Shown here: in pieces, positions 9,487 through 18,231 of the stretch | How positions within the stretch are numbered: the stretch's first letter is position 1 | Layout of the letters: each line of letters begins with the position of its first letter | DNA from: a virus | Taxonomy: Duplodnaviria > Caudoviricetes | DNA length: 50,793 nt | Reading direction: 5' to 3' (one strand) | IMG/VR virus record: IMGVR_UViG_3300049914_000028 | Span: 1 to 50,793 of that record | Notes under the pieces: generated by a model | What the model was told of the DNA's origin: nothing | Databases searched by the model: none | Seen by the model: the letters and a program-made list of their open reading frames with translations, nothing else | Translations under genes and position numbers: made by a program

Positions 9487-9949
9487 CTTTGGCCTCCTTG
9501 AGAGCGTCATTAGCTACCTGCGGAGTATCGCACCCATAATCACATATTCCTGTAAATGTTCCGTCACTATGACACCCATACTTTCTAATTATTTTTAACG
9601 CCTCCCGCAGCCGTTCGTTCTCGGCGGTCAGTCTTTCGCATTCAAATACCTTCTTTGCAAACAGGTCTCCCTTGCGCTTCTCGTCTGCGGTCTTGTATTC
9701 ACGCAGTTCTGTATTGATGGCCGTCAGGGCGGCGATCTGCTCATTCCTTTTTTTGGCTTCGTATATCGTCAGCAAGCCCCATCCGTCTCCATAAAGAGCC
9801 TTCAGCAAATCTTCGAGAAATCTTGAATGATCTTTTTCTGTTTCCAGCTCTGCACCCGCCGCTTCGAGGGTGGCAAGGTGGTCGGATTTCAGAACAAATT
9901 TTCCATCTCCACCATCAACATATTGTCCTTTAGAATCAAATGTCTCCAT
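9473..9949 (-). CDS. Hypothetical coiled-coil protein (Ead/Ea22-like)
   Basis: 'LTAENERLREAL' coiled-coil motif; RBS GGAG. Confidence 0.6.
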   Translation of the reverse strand: METFDSKGQYVDGGDGKFVLKSDHLATLEAAGAELETEKDHSRFLEDLLKALYGDGWGLLTIYEAKKRNEQIAALTAINTELREYKTADEKRKGDLFAKKVFECERLTAENERLREALKIIRKYGCHSDGTFTGICDYGCDTPQVANDALKEAKDGQE

Positions 9950-10488
9950 CTTCTCCTCCTTATCACTCGTTGTCTTATGTTTCCTCTCCGCTCAGAGTAA
10001 TTACCTTCTCGGAATATCCAATATCAAAAGTGTCAACGTCATAATGAATAAACATTTCTTGCTTATAACTAAAGGCTGCAAACCTGACATCAAAATCAGG
10101 ATTCTCTAATAGTATTTCTGCCAGTTCTTTTGATTTCATTTCCCTTCCCTCACCTCCTTTTTATATGGGTTTGCAATAACCATTTCAAAGAAGGTCACGG
10201 CTTTCAGGTCGCTCAGGATGAAAGAGGCCATCGCGGAGGTCAACCCTTAAAGGTCATGGCCGGGCTTGAGTACCGGCTACGGTCCTGCTATTCCACCACC
10301 CTTTAGGTTTCGCGTCTCCGTAATCTCCAAGGGTTTCGGAGAATGCGTGTCCATCCACGCCGCATGACAACCTTTCCTTTTCGCAAATCCTATCTGTGCA
10401 TTTGGCGCACAACACATTCTTGAAAATCATGTCCCCGAAGTGGTGAAACGAGGACAACGGATCAGGGGGCCGCGATGGGTCGGGGGCT

Positions 10489-11457
10489 TCATGCCGCCTT
10501 CGCCTCGCCCGCTGCCCATTTACAAAGTTCATCATAGTCTGATCGCAGAATGTCGGCGGTATGTTCAATTCCCATCTTCCCTAAGTGCGCCTTGATTTCC
10601 TCGGCGGAAAATTCAGTCCCCCGCGCAATCGCCCAAAGTCGTTTTTTCTGAGCTTCGGAAATTTTCATTTTGTCTATCGGAGGGGGAGCCTTTTCAACCG
10701 TTTCGGTCTTTTCAGCATCCGTTGAAATGGGGGGTTCGGGTGAAACATCCTCGATGGTGGTTTCAACAATCGGCGGTTCGTTCTTCTTTAACAGGTGCGG
10801 GGGCAAATCCTCAACGTCCTGGGTGAATAAATCCGACGCCGCCGTACATGTCAACGTAGCGTCAACGTGCGCCCTTTTCTTCGCCATCTTCAGGATGGTA
10901 TTGTAATAATCAGCGGGATCTTCGTATTCCGTTTTCCCCGCAGCTTGGTTCGTAATGGATGGATCATCCGATTTGAATTTCTCTCCGCATCCCCCCTTCT
11001 TCTTGAAGCAAATGAATCCCCCTCCGTATTCCGCCTTCCCGGTTATAATCGCCTCTTTCCCGCACTTCGGGCAAATCCTTTCGGCCTTGCGGTATCGGTA
11101 TTTACTTTCCATTGTGGAGGCGGAACCCACTCCCTGACCGAAGATAGCGCCGGTGGGGATATGGGTAAGGGTACAGGTCAACCGATACTCCCGGTGTCCG
11201 TTAGATAGACTCTTTTCCGTGATGTCATAGGACGGGGCAAGGCGGAACGTGGTGGAGAGCTTTTCTGCTCCGGGTTTCAGTAGGGTTGGTTTGTCGCCGC
11301 ATCCGGGGATTTTCCCGTAGTGCTCCCCCTCGCGCATGACGGATTTCATTACGTCCTGGATGAGTTCAACCTGTTTGACGATTCTCTCGGGGGTCATGGC
11401 GTAATCTTCGTAATTTATGACTGCCCTGTTCTCAATAACCGCTACCGCGTTTTCCAT
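10489..11457 (-). CDS. Putative recombination / single-strand annealing protein
   Basis: 'HYGKIPG..KPTLLKPGAEKL…NTILKMAKKRAHVDATL…SDLFTQDVED'. Lies near an exonuclease in the early arm; function inferred. Confidence 0.6.
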   Translation of the reverse strand: MENAVAVIENRAVINYEDYAMTPERIVKQVELIQDVMKSVMREGEHYGKIPGCGDKPTLLKPGAEKLSTTFRLAPSYDITEKSLSNGHREYRLTCTLTHIPTGAIFGQGVGSASTMESKYRYRKAERICPKCGKEAIITGKAEYGGGFICFKKKGGCGEKFKSDDPSITNQAAGKTEYEDPADYYNTILKMAKKRAHVDATLTCTAASDLFTQDVEDLPPHLLKKNEPPIVETTIEDVSPEPPISTDAEKTETVEKAPPPIDKMKISEAQKKRLWAIARGTEFSAEEIKAHLGKMGIEHTADILRSDYDELCKWAAGEAKAA

Positions 11458-11473
11458 TCTTTATGCCTCCTTT

Positions 11474-12091
11474 TTAAATTCCGTCAGATTCAACTAACGG
11501 TATTTCCTGTATTATTTTCTTTTTTCTTCCGCCTCTTGCGCCGTAATATCTGGCTGAATAACAGGTCAAAATCTTCATAATATCTTCGGCCAATTCTTCT
11601 TCATATTTCTTTTCTTTTGTTTCGATTATTTCCACAGTCACTTCAAGGTTTGTAAAAATAGCATCAAGATATTCATAACCGAAACGGGCAAGCCGATCTT
11701 TGTATTCAATTAAAACCCTTTCAACCTTACCTTCAAAGCACATTTTGATTAATTTATGGATTCCAGCCCGTTTTTCATTTATCCCACTGGCTATTTCATC
11801 AATCAAAGCGTATTTATACCCCTTACTTTCCGCATATTTACGAAGTCTATCCTTTTGCCGTTCAAGATTTTCTTTCTGTTTTGCAGTGGAGCATCTGGCA
11901 TAAATCATTGTTAGTTTTTCTTGTTTAACCTTTTCAACGCCCATATAGGAATCTAAATCCTCTTGACGGAAACGCCTATGCTTTCCAGTCGTGCTAAATG
12001 ATTTGATTTTGCCGTTATTCGCAAGTGTTTTTAGTGAGTTAATCGAAACACCAATATATGCACTTGCTTCTGTAATTTTGTAGATTTTCAT
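11474..12091 (-). CDS. tnpA: IS607-family serine recombinase TnpA (MerR-type HTH plus resolvase catalytic domain)
   Basis: 'YKITEASAYIGVSINSLK…GKHRRF', 'IYARCST..QKENLERQ', 'EIASG', 'YKDRLARFG', 'ELAEDIMKILTCYSARYYGARG'. Confidence 0.92.
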   Translation of the reverse strand: MKIYKITEASAYIGVSINSLKTLANNGKIKSFSTTGKHRRFRQEDLDSYMGVEKVKQEKLTMIYARCSTAKQKENLERQKDRLRKYAESKGYKYALIDEIASGINEKRAGIHKLIKMCFEGKVERVLIEYKDRLARFGYEYLDAIFTNLEVTVEIIETKEKKYEEELAEDIMKILTCYSARYYGARGGRKKKIIQEIPLVESDGI

Positions 12092-12660
12092 TTAATACCC
12101 CACTGTTCAACCATTGCTCTGGCCACGCCAGCGAAAGTAACACTTCTATCCCTTTTTCGTGTCGGACTTGGACCCATTTTCCATATCCGATGTTCACGAC
12201 CTGAGGCTTTATTAGTTGGTTGCAATTTCGGAAGATTGTGGAGTGCAAATCCTGTTTTCTTGGTTTCCCCATGACCAAAATCATACGGTTGAATATATTG
12301 CACATTGGGAAGATACTTAAAAATAACGCTTGTAGGATTTTCCAAAGCAATTTTATCGCTATGTTCGATTGCTAAATCCCAAAGATCGCAAGTCCATTTT
12401 ATTGCCTGCTGTCGCTTGCTATTTAATGGCATTCCCTTCCCGTACCACCTATTTCCACTCAATGACATTGCGGTACAATCAGGGTGGAGGATGATTAAAT
12501 CCCATTTGCGATGGGGGATTACAGTCATAATATCATCTTGAAAGTGCCAATCAGGATTACCGCGAGTAGGGAGTAAATCGCAGGAATAAGCCTCATGGCC
12601 CTTATCACGGAAAGCCTTGCAAACTACCTGGCTTTCCTCACATCCAACCAGAACGATCAT
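12088..12660 (-). CDS. Small phage-type C5 DNA cytosine methyltransferase-like protein
   Basis: 'VLVGCEESQ…AF…GHEAYSCDLLP', 'WDLIILHPDCT' (PPC-like), 'LENP', 'RSVTF.GVA.AM.EQWG'; ATGA-coupled to tnpA. Confidence 0.7.
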   Translation of the reverse strand: MIVLVGCEESQVVCKAFRDKGHEAYSCDLLPTRGNPDWHFQDDIMTVIPHRKWDLIILHPDCTAMSLSGNRWYGKGMPLNSKRQQAIKWTCDLWDLAIEHSDKIALENPTSVIFKYLPNVQYIQPYDFGHGETKKTGFALHNLPKLQPTNKASGREHRIWKMGPSPTRKRDRSVTFAGVARAMVEQWGIK

Positions 12661-12812
12661 TTTCCCCCCATTAATTTTTTAATAAATTTTTCATTAGCAT
12701 CCATAATTTTTTGCATATCTTCAACCGATATGACTTTTTCCAGTGGTTCAAAAAAGTAAATTTTCTCGTTTTCTGTTTCAAAATATTCCTTCGTAACCTT
12801 AATGATCTTCAT
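12657..12812 (-). CDS. 51-aa ORF (MKIIKVTKEYFETENEKIYFFEPLEK…), not in the ORF track
   Basis: Directly behind the element promoter with RBS AAGGGG; ATGA-coupled to the next gene. Confidence 0.6.
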   Translation of the reverse strand: MKIIKVTKEYFETENEKIYFFEPLEKVISVEDMQKIMDANEKFIKKLMGGK

Positions 12813-12827
12813 GTCTTATTCCCCTTT

Positions 12828-12856
12828 AATATAACAATTATTCACCTGAAAGTCAA
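12828..12856 (-). promoter_or_regulatory. Sigma70 promoter at the element's left end
   Basis: TTGACT-17 bp-TATATT. Confidence 0.75.
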
Positions 12857-12895
12857 GTGAATTTAACCGATTTATAATGTATTTGTTGAAATTAA

Positions 12896-13285
12896 TCAAG
12901 CAGTTTCAACCTCCTCCGTTTCGTACTTATTTCCCGACACTAACCCCTCTAAGATTTCCGTAACTACTGCTTCGTGCATGTCGTTTGCCTTATCATCTGC
13001 GTCTATTTCCGATATATACCACGGACTTTCAAAATAAACCTGTCGGTTGACATTGATGTCGTGATAACGCACATCTTCGGGATCGGTGTGAAACGCCATT
13101 GTTTCGTAATACCTCTGATTACCAACAGTTTCAAAACCATTCTTTCCGCTGAATTCCATTAAGCCAACAGTACTTACCACTATCTCAATATCATTATGAT
13201 GCAGTAGGGTATTTCTTCTAAATCTACACCTATTGGCACAGATAAAATGTCCCGCCCATCCCCTTTCTGTGCGTTTAATGTCCAT
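12896..13285 (-). CDS. Hypothetical phage protein
   Basis: 'RTERGWAGHFIC…C.FRRNTLL…YYETMAF'; likely start MDIK, TAATG-coupled to the exonuclease stop. Confidence 0.65.
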   Translation of the reverse strand: MDIKRTERGWAGHFICANRCRFRRNTLLHHNDIEIVVSTVGLMEFSGKNGFETVGNQRYYETMAFHTDPEDVRYHDINVNRQVYFESPWYISEIDADDKANDMHEAVVTEILEGLVSGNKYETEEVETA

Positions 13286-14061
13286 TATGCCGCCTCCAAT
13301 CCTGTTTTCGCGTACCAGAAATCCACCAGCGCATTGAAGCACTTCCAACCCTTACTTAAATCCTCGTCCGGTATCCAGATAAGTCGTGACTCCGCCGTTA
13401 TAGAGTTTACATAAAGTATTCCGCACTTCTTTACGCCGATATTACATCCCCCAAGTCCGATTTCGTAAGCAGCCAACTGCATCGCGTGTTCATCCCATGT
13501 CTTGAGTGTGGCGATGTCCTTGTCTGTTGTTTTGATGTCGATCAGGTGCGTGTTGCTATGGAGATCGACTTTCCCTCCGTATCTGTCCGTGGCAAAGGAT
13601 TGTTCGCAAATCCAGCTATTTTGACAGCCGCACTCGGCATCAAGGGTCTCGCAGGCGGAGATGTAATAACGAGCCTGTTCTTCATCCCACATTCGTGGTC
13701 CCTCAAATCCCGCCTGCACCCATGCGTGAATCTGCGTCCCCCGTTCTGCGGCCTTCCTTGCCTGTTCCTTTGAATCTGCCTTGATACGCGCCATGAAGTC
13801 CGTGTCGTTCTCCCCTTCGAGCCGTGGCAGGGTAAGGGCGGCCATTATCGCCTGATCTATCATCCAGTTCGTCAGACCGGGAGCGGCGGCGCAACGGATA
13901 ATGCTCGTAACGGATGGGACAAGCCCCTCTTTCCGGGCATCCCGTAGGGTTGTCGGACGTTCCGCACCGTTCTTTCCAATCATTGTATAGGCGGGTTCGC
14001 CAGTTTTCCTATACCAATGACCGGCCTCCTTGCCATGATCTGCGGTTAGAATTTCACTCAT
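13285..14061 (-). CDS. PD-(D/E)XK exonuclease (phage recombination exonuclease, Cas4/RecB-like fold)
   Basis: 'VPSVTSII', 'RGTQIH', 'E..F…YGGKVDL…IDIKT', 'MQLAAY'. Confidence 0.85.
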   Translation of the reverse strand: MSEILTADHGKEAGHWYRKTGEPAYTMIGKNGAERPTTLRDARKEGLVPSVTSIIRCAAAPGLTNWMIDQAIMAALTLPRLEGENDTDFMARIKADSKEQARKAAERGTQIHAWVQAGFEGPRMWDEEQARYYISACETLDAECGCQNSWICEQSFATDRYGGKVDLHSNTHLIDIKTTDKDIATLKTWDEHAMQLAAYEIGLGGCNIGVKKCGILYVNSITAESRLIWIPDEDLSKGWKCFNALVDFWYAKTGLEAA

Positions 14062-14419
14062 ACCCCCCTCCTATTCCCACGTTTCATCAATTATTTCGCA
14101 ATCCAAACCCAATCGGGCAATCCAACGTTTTAGGCTAATCTTGGCTTGTTTTTTCGTTGAATAATCCACGTTTGGGTCAATACTTATTTTCTTTCCCCGA
14201 TCTTCAATAATCCAATAGTATGGATTCGCCCATGTTCCATTATATCCGATAGTTGCTTTGTAGGCAGTATTCATGGCTTTCCCTCCTATTCTCCTGCAGC
14301 CTGATATTCCTCCACGTTCCCGACGACGGTCGATTTCCGCACCGGGTTCCTCGATGAGTGATATTTCTTGTGATTCCAAATGATAGTCAACAAAACCCGT
14401 TTACCCCATTTTATTTCGA

Positions 14420-14857
14420 TCATGGTTCAATGTCCTCCTCCCCGAATTGCCCTTCCTGCTCTTTTTGGGAACACGGATGATCTTTCCGTTCCCTTAATAA
14501 ATCCTCATAGTGTTCTGCTTGGGATTTTGATGAATCTGAAAGAACCCGCATATAAGCGTCACCCCAGCACTTTTCACAGGCACCCATCACCTTCTCCTCC
14601 CTTTCTTTTTTCCTCTGCTCTGCGTCCCTAAAACCTTCTGGATCAAGCACGGCGACAATGCTTTTAATATCCGCGATGGCCTTCTGGATGGACCTATCAT
14701 TCTCGGTGTTTTGACGCCATGCACAACACCAATCTGAATCCTTCGGACGGCGGTTCTCCTGCTTATAGACCCGACAGGTCGGCTCCCATCGCTTGCGGCA
14801 GTTGTCGCAGGATTGCAGGCCCATTAGTTTCGCTACGTTAATCGCGGTTAGGGTCAT
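14420..14857 (-). CDS. Cys-rich hypothetical protein (possibly two fused small Zn-binding modules)
   Basis: CDNC…C…CC and CEKC…HPC clusters. Confidence 0.5.
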   Translation of the reverse strand: MTLTAINVAKLMGLQSCDNCRKRWEPTCRVYKQENRRPKDSDWCCAWRQNTENDRSIQKAIADIKSIVAVLDPEGFRDAEQRKKEREEKVMGACEKCWGDAYMRVLSDSSKSQAEHYEDLLRERKDHPCSQKEQEGQFGEEDIEP

Positions 14858-15154
14858 CCCTCCCCCTCCTCCACCCATCCCGCCAGCGCCCGGAAAAGGT
14901 CAACGGGATCGTTCGTGAAGATCGTCTCTTCGTTCTCCAGATAGGGTCGCCCGTTATCGGTCCTGACCGAGAAGCGATCAAAGCCCTTATCGTTTTTCGC
15001 GTCGCGGATAACGAAAGTCCTAATCATCAATGTCCTCTCGCATCTGTCATTTTGTACTGGCTCCAGATCCACGGGTCGCACTTCGGCGGCTCCTGAAGTA
15101 TCCAGAGGGTGAAGATCCAAAGGATCGTCAGGAGAATGATCGCAAGTATGAGGG

Positions 15155-15436
15155 CTATTTTGCGCATAGGGCCTTCTCTTCTCCACACATCTCGCAACAT
15201 AGCCGTGCCGCTTCAGGCGGATAGGTGTGCGTCTTTTGGAAATCATGTTCGCCGCCGTTCAAACAGTCGGCCTTTTGCGGCGAATAACTGAAGAGTATTG
15301 ATGTCCAGAAAACAAACGTCTTTTCACACTTAGAGCACTCCTGTTGATGCAGTTCATCTTCGGCATAACCCTGGCCGTCATCATGGTTTATTTCCTGTCC
15401 TTCTCCGCAATATGGGCACTCAACATCGTTTCTCAT
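15155..15436 (-). CDS. Small Zn-ribbon protein
   Basis: CPYC…CSKC…C…CEMC. Confidence 0.65.
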   Translation of the reverse strand: MRNDVECPYCGEGQEINHDDGQGYAEDELHQQECSKCEKTFVFWTSILFSYSPQKADCLNGGEHDFQKTHTYPPEAARLCCEMCGEEKALCAK

Positions 15437-15812
15437 TTCATCCTTTCAGGCCATGCATCCAGGCCGATGATCGCGGCGAGTAGGGAGAGGCGGCGGATCA
15501 TCCCAGCATCCTCCCGGCAAGGAAGCAGCAGACCATGAGGGCCAGTATCACGGCGGTTATAAGAACCTCGTAAAAATGCTCCCTCCGCTTTTTCCGTCTC
15601 AAACGCGCACCATACGACATATCCGGGTAATACATAGTGGCCTCCTATTTTTTCACCTTTCGTTTCACCGCCACCAACCTTTCGGGTTGCCTTGTAAATT
15701 CAATATCCAAATAATTACTTATTGCCCCATAGAGTTCCGCTAAGTATTTTATTTGAATTTCAAGATTTTCAATTTCCCACAATAAATGCCTCTTTGAAAC
15801 CATGCCCCCTCC

Positions 15813-16181
15813 TTATTCGTGCGGGTTCGCAAAAGTCGGGTCCGCGAACCTCAGCACTTCCAAGACCTCATGCCCGAGCGTTTCAGTAGAATCCACCCGG
15901 ACGCCCTTTTCATCTCTGTACCCCGTCAGCCAGATTTGAGGCGGATCGGTGTTTTTCGCATAGCCGCCGTAATTCCGCGCTGCTGGTCCTGAATTGAAAT
16001 TCCTTGCCGGTGGATAATCGTACATGGTGCGATCCCCGACGACGTGGATTTGAAAAGTTACCGTCTGGACGTAGTGGCCCGTCCGGTCATAATGGGCGCA
16101 ACCGTAAAGGCTAATCCAGTACGCAATCGCTATGACCACGATGCCGATCCAGATCAGAGTATGTTTCAGGTTGCGATCCAT
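15813..16181 (-). CDS. Putative lipoprotein with an HE motif (metallopeptidase-like)
   Basis: TM/lipobox 'LYGC', 'ETLGHEVLE'. Confidence 0.5.
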   Translation of the reverse strand: MDRNLKHTLIWIGIVVIAIAYWISLYGCAHYDRTGHYVQTVTFQIHVVGDRTMYDYPPARNFNSGPAARNYGGYAKNTDPPQIWLTGYRDEKGVRVDSTETLGHEVLEVLRFADPTFANPHE

Positions 16182-16850
16182 TTATTTTATCAATCCAATC
16201 TCTTTCAAATCCTTCTCACCGACGACCTTGCAACGATGGACGCGAAACTTTCCATCCGTTGCTATCGGGATCGCCGCTATATCTTTAGCGGTAAACTCAA
16301 CGATCAGAATCCGATATCCTTCCCGCCATTCCTTCATGCACCAATCAAGCGTTGAAATGTTTATACCAGCGGCGCATTGTTGCGTGTCGTCCGTGTTGGC
16401 ATTGTCCACGCTGGCAATTTTACCCTTTTCGTATTTCACCCCGCCGTTGTATGGCCCCTCCATGTCGTAATTTACGAGTTTATAGGCGCGGATTTTACCG
16501 GGTTGATCCATGAGGATAAGTAACGGCGTACAGCGATTTTTATTGATGCTGTCCGCCCTGGAGAGGTCCGCCCCGGAGAGGTCCGCCCCGGAGAGGTTCG
16601 CCCTGGAGAGGTTCGCCCTGGAGAGGTTCGCCCTGGAGAGGTTCGCCCCGGAGAGGTTCGCCCCGGAGAGGTTCGCCCCGGAGAGGTTCGCCCCGGAGAG
16701 GTTCGCCCTGGAGAGGTCCGCCCCGGAGAGGTTCGCCCTGGAGAGGTTCGCCCCGGCTTTCCATGCCGCCTCAACGCATAACTTCATTGATTCCGTTTCC
16801 AGCGAGAAAATTACCCGTCCATTGAATCTGTTTTTAATCTCAAATTTCAT
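16182..16850 (-). CDS. Pentapeptide-repeat protein
   Basis: Start MKFEIKNRF; about 14 A(N/D)LS(G/R) repeats; C-terminal 'CAAGI…DGKFRV' domain. Confidence 0.9.
   Translation of the reverse strand: MKFEIKNRFNGRVIFSLETESMKLCVEAAWKAGANLSRANLSGADLSRANLSGANLSGANLSGANLSGANLSRANLSRANLSRANLSGADLSGADLSRADSINKNRCTPLLILMDQPGKIRAYKLVNYDMEGPYNGGVKYEKGKIASVDNANTDDTQQCAAGINISTLDWCMKEWREGYRILIVEFTAKDIAAIPIATDGKFRVHRCKVVGEKDLKEIGLIK
16551..16755. repeat. 15-bp tandem repeat (about 13.5 units) encoding the pentapeptide repeats
   Basis: GAGAGGT(T/C)CGCCC(C/T)G units. Confidence 0.95.
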
Positions 16851-16852
16851 GG

Positions 16853-17050
16853 TCACAGCCCCTTCTCCCGCGCTAATTCGTTCATCTTCCCAATGTATGC
16901 CCGGTTCCAACGGGCGAACCAGGCAGCCCTTGCCGCTTCGTTGCCGCCCGAAAAGCGGATCCGCTCCTTTTTGTTTGCGTATTTTTCGGCAAGAGGGATC
17001 AGCTTGTTCCGGGCATGTGCATAATCTTTGTCGATGTCGTCGTCTGTCAT
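16853..17050 (-). CDS. Hypothetical protein
   Basis: ATGA-coupled within the leftward operon. Confidence 0.55.
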   Translation of the reverse strand: MTDDDIDKDYAHARNKLIPLAEKYANKKERIRFSGGNEAARAAWFARWNRAYIGKMNELAREKGL

Positions 17051-17331
17051 GCGGCATCCTCATCTTTTTCTTTCCTTATTTTCCCCCGATAAGGCATAAA
17101 CGGGAAAAGGGAACACATTGGCGTCTCGCATGAAAATTTCCCATCGACGTAATATCCCATGCAATCACAACAATGACTTTTGATTGCTCCATCCCTTGTC
17201 AATGTATCTCCACAGAGGTATTTGAGCAGTTTTGTCTTGCCGGACGATGCAGGAGCCGTCTCAAGAGCATCAATTCTCTGGGATGCCAGTTTTTGGGGTA
17301 TAGGGGACTTAGAAACGGACCTTTTAACCAT
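17047..17331 (-). CDS. Cys-cluster hypothetical protein
   Basis: '[11 protein letters not shown]…C…CSLFPFMPY'; RBS AAGGAGG before MVKR. Confidence 0.6.
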   Translation of the reverse strand: MVKRSVSKSPIPQKLASQRIDALETAPASSGKTKLLKYLCGDTLTRDGAIKSHCCDCMGYYVDGKFSCETPMCSLFPFMPYRGKIRKEKDEDAA

Positions 17332-17420
17332 TGTGCAACCTCCTTTTGTGATCGCCGACCCGGTGGTTTGCCCGACCATCTCGGCAAGGGAGCCTCTCAG
17401 CGAATCGGCGACCAGGTAAA

Positions 17421-17510
17421 TTACTTCTTTTTCTTCGGTTTGAACTTCTTGTCGGGGTACTTGGTCTCAATCTTGTCCTTCTTCGGTGGAACCTTCTTCT
17501 TCGCTGGCAC
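17421..17510 (-). CDS. 29-aa Lys-rich peptide MPAKKKVPPKKDKIETKYPDKKFKPKKKK
   Basis: GTG start with strong RBS AAAAGGAGGGAG; first ORF after the leftward promoter and leader. Confidence 0.55.
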   Translation of the reverse strand: MPAKKKVPPKKDKIETKYPDKKFKPKKKK

Positions 17511-17524
17511 AGTCTCCCTCCTTT

Positions 17525-17900
17525 TGTAGTTTAATGCCGGATTCCAGGTCGCTGGCCTTTCGATGCGCTTCCCAGAGATCACCTTTCGGCGTCCGGTAAG
17601 GATCGCGTACAGCAGACTTGCTGCCACGCCACGTTATCCGCCTCGTAATACGTCTTGTGACGCAACCCCCTCGATGATCCGGCAAGTTTAAAAGATCGTT
17701 ACCTGTTCGCTGCCACCCCACCCTTTCGGGTTTACACGATGGGCCGATGGTTTTCTGAGGACTGCGGTTGATTATTCCTAAAGGATCTCAACGCGCTTTT
17801 CCTCAACCTGTCGCACCCTCAAGCTATGGGGTACTGCTGCCCTCCGATTTTGGTGGTCACGGCCCCGAAGAGCTACACCTGACGGGAGGGGTTTTTCATC
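17525..17900 (-). ncRNA. Candidate large structured leader RNA of the leftward early transcript
   Basis: About 380 nt with no credible gene; nested stems with UUCG/GAAA tetraloops and long-range closing helices. Confidence 0.55.
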
Positions 17901-17910
17901 TTGCGGCCCT

Positions 17911-17939
17911 ATACTGCGCCTTATTCTCCGGCTTGTCAA
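17911..17939 (-). promoter_or_regulatory. Leftward early promoter
   Basis: TTGACA-17 bp-CAGTAT. Confidence 0.65.
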
Positions 17940-17989
17940 GATATTTCTTTGATTATTTTTCAACGGATATTTGGGGGATAAATCTCCCC

Positions 17990-18018
17990 TTGACATTAAT
18001 TCAAAAAGGGCGCAAGAT
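17990..18018 (+). promoter_or_regulatory. Rightward early promoter
   Basis: TTGACA-17 bp-CAAGAT, 7 nt before the ATG at 18026 (near-leaderless). Confidence 0.65.
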
Positions 18019-18025
18019 ATCAATC

Positions 18026-18223
18026 ATGCTGAAAATACATATCGAAAAAATGGAACGGGAACGGGAACGGCTCGGCCTGTCGAAAGCGGAAATTGAGCGC
18101 CGCGCAAAGCTGAAACCTTCAGGATATAGCAAGGTTTTGGTTCGGCGCGTGACATCAATATCCACTTTGAACCGGATTGCCGATGCTCTGTACCTTGACC
18201 CGAAAGACCTTCTTACAAATTAG
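18026..18223 (+). CDS. XRE/Cro-like HTH regulator (65 aa)
   Basis: 'RERLGLSKAEIERRAKL…STLNRIADALYLDPKDLL'. Confidence 0.85.
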   Translation: MLKIHIEKMERERERLGLSKAEIERRAKLKPSGYSKVLVRRVTSISTLNRIADALYLDPKDLLTN

Positions 18224-18231
18224 GAGGCTCC

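Larger units (their letters stand above)
11466..12915 (-). mobile_element. IS607-family-derived element: promoter, 51-aa ORF, MTase-like cargo, TnpA; no TnpB
   Basis: AT-rich block bounded by CCTCCT direct repeats (11466-11471, 12910-12915). Removing it restores a clean gene end and RBS. Confidence 0.75.

Noticed and set aside
11300-11474. tnpB/omegaRNA downstream of IS607 tnpA
   Set aside because: The tnpA stop is followed within 16 nt by the start of the recombination gene; there is no RuvC ORF or RNA-sized gap.
13285-14061. Cas4 indicating a CRISPR-Cas locus
   Set aside because: No cas1/cas2 or array; the context is a phage recombination module.
16551-16755. 15-bp tandem repeats as a CRISPR array or DGR, and the shadow ORFs they create (PGRTS, ERFAP, GEPLR repeats)
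   Set aside because: The units are contiguous with no spacers and encode A(N/D)LS(G/R) pentapeptides of one gene; the other frames are by-products.
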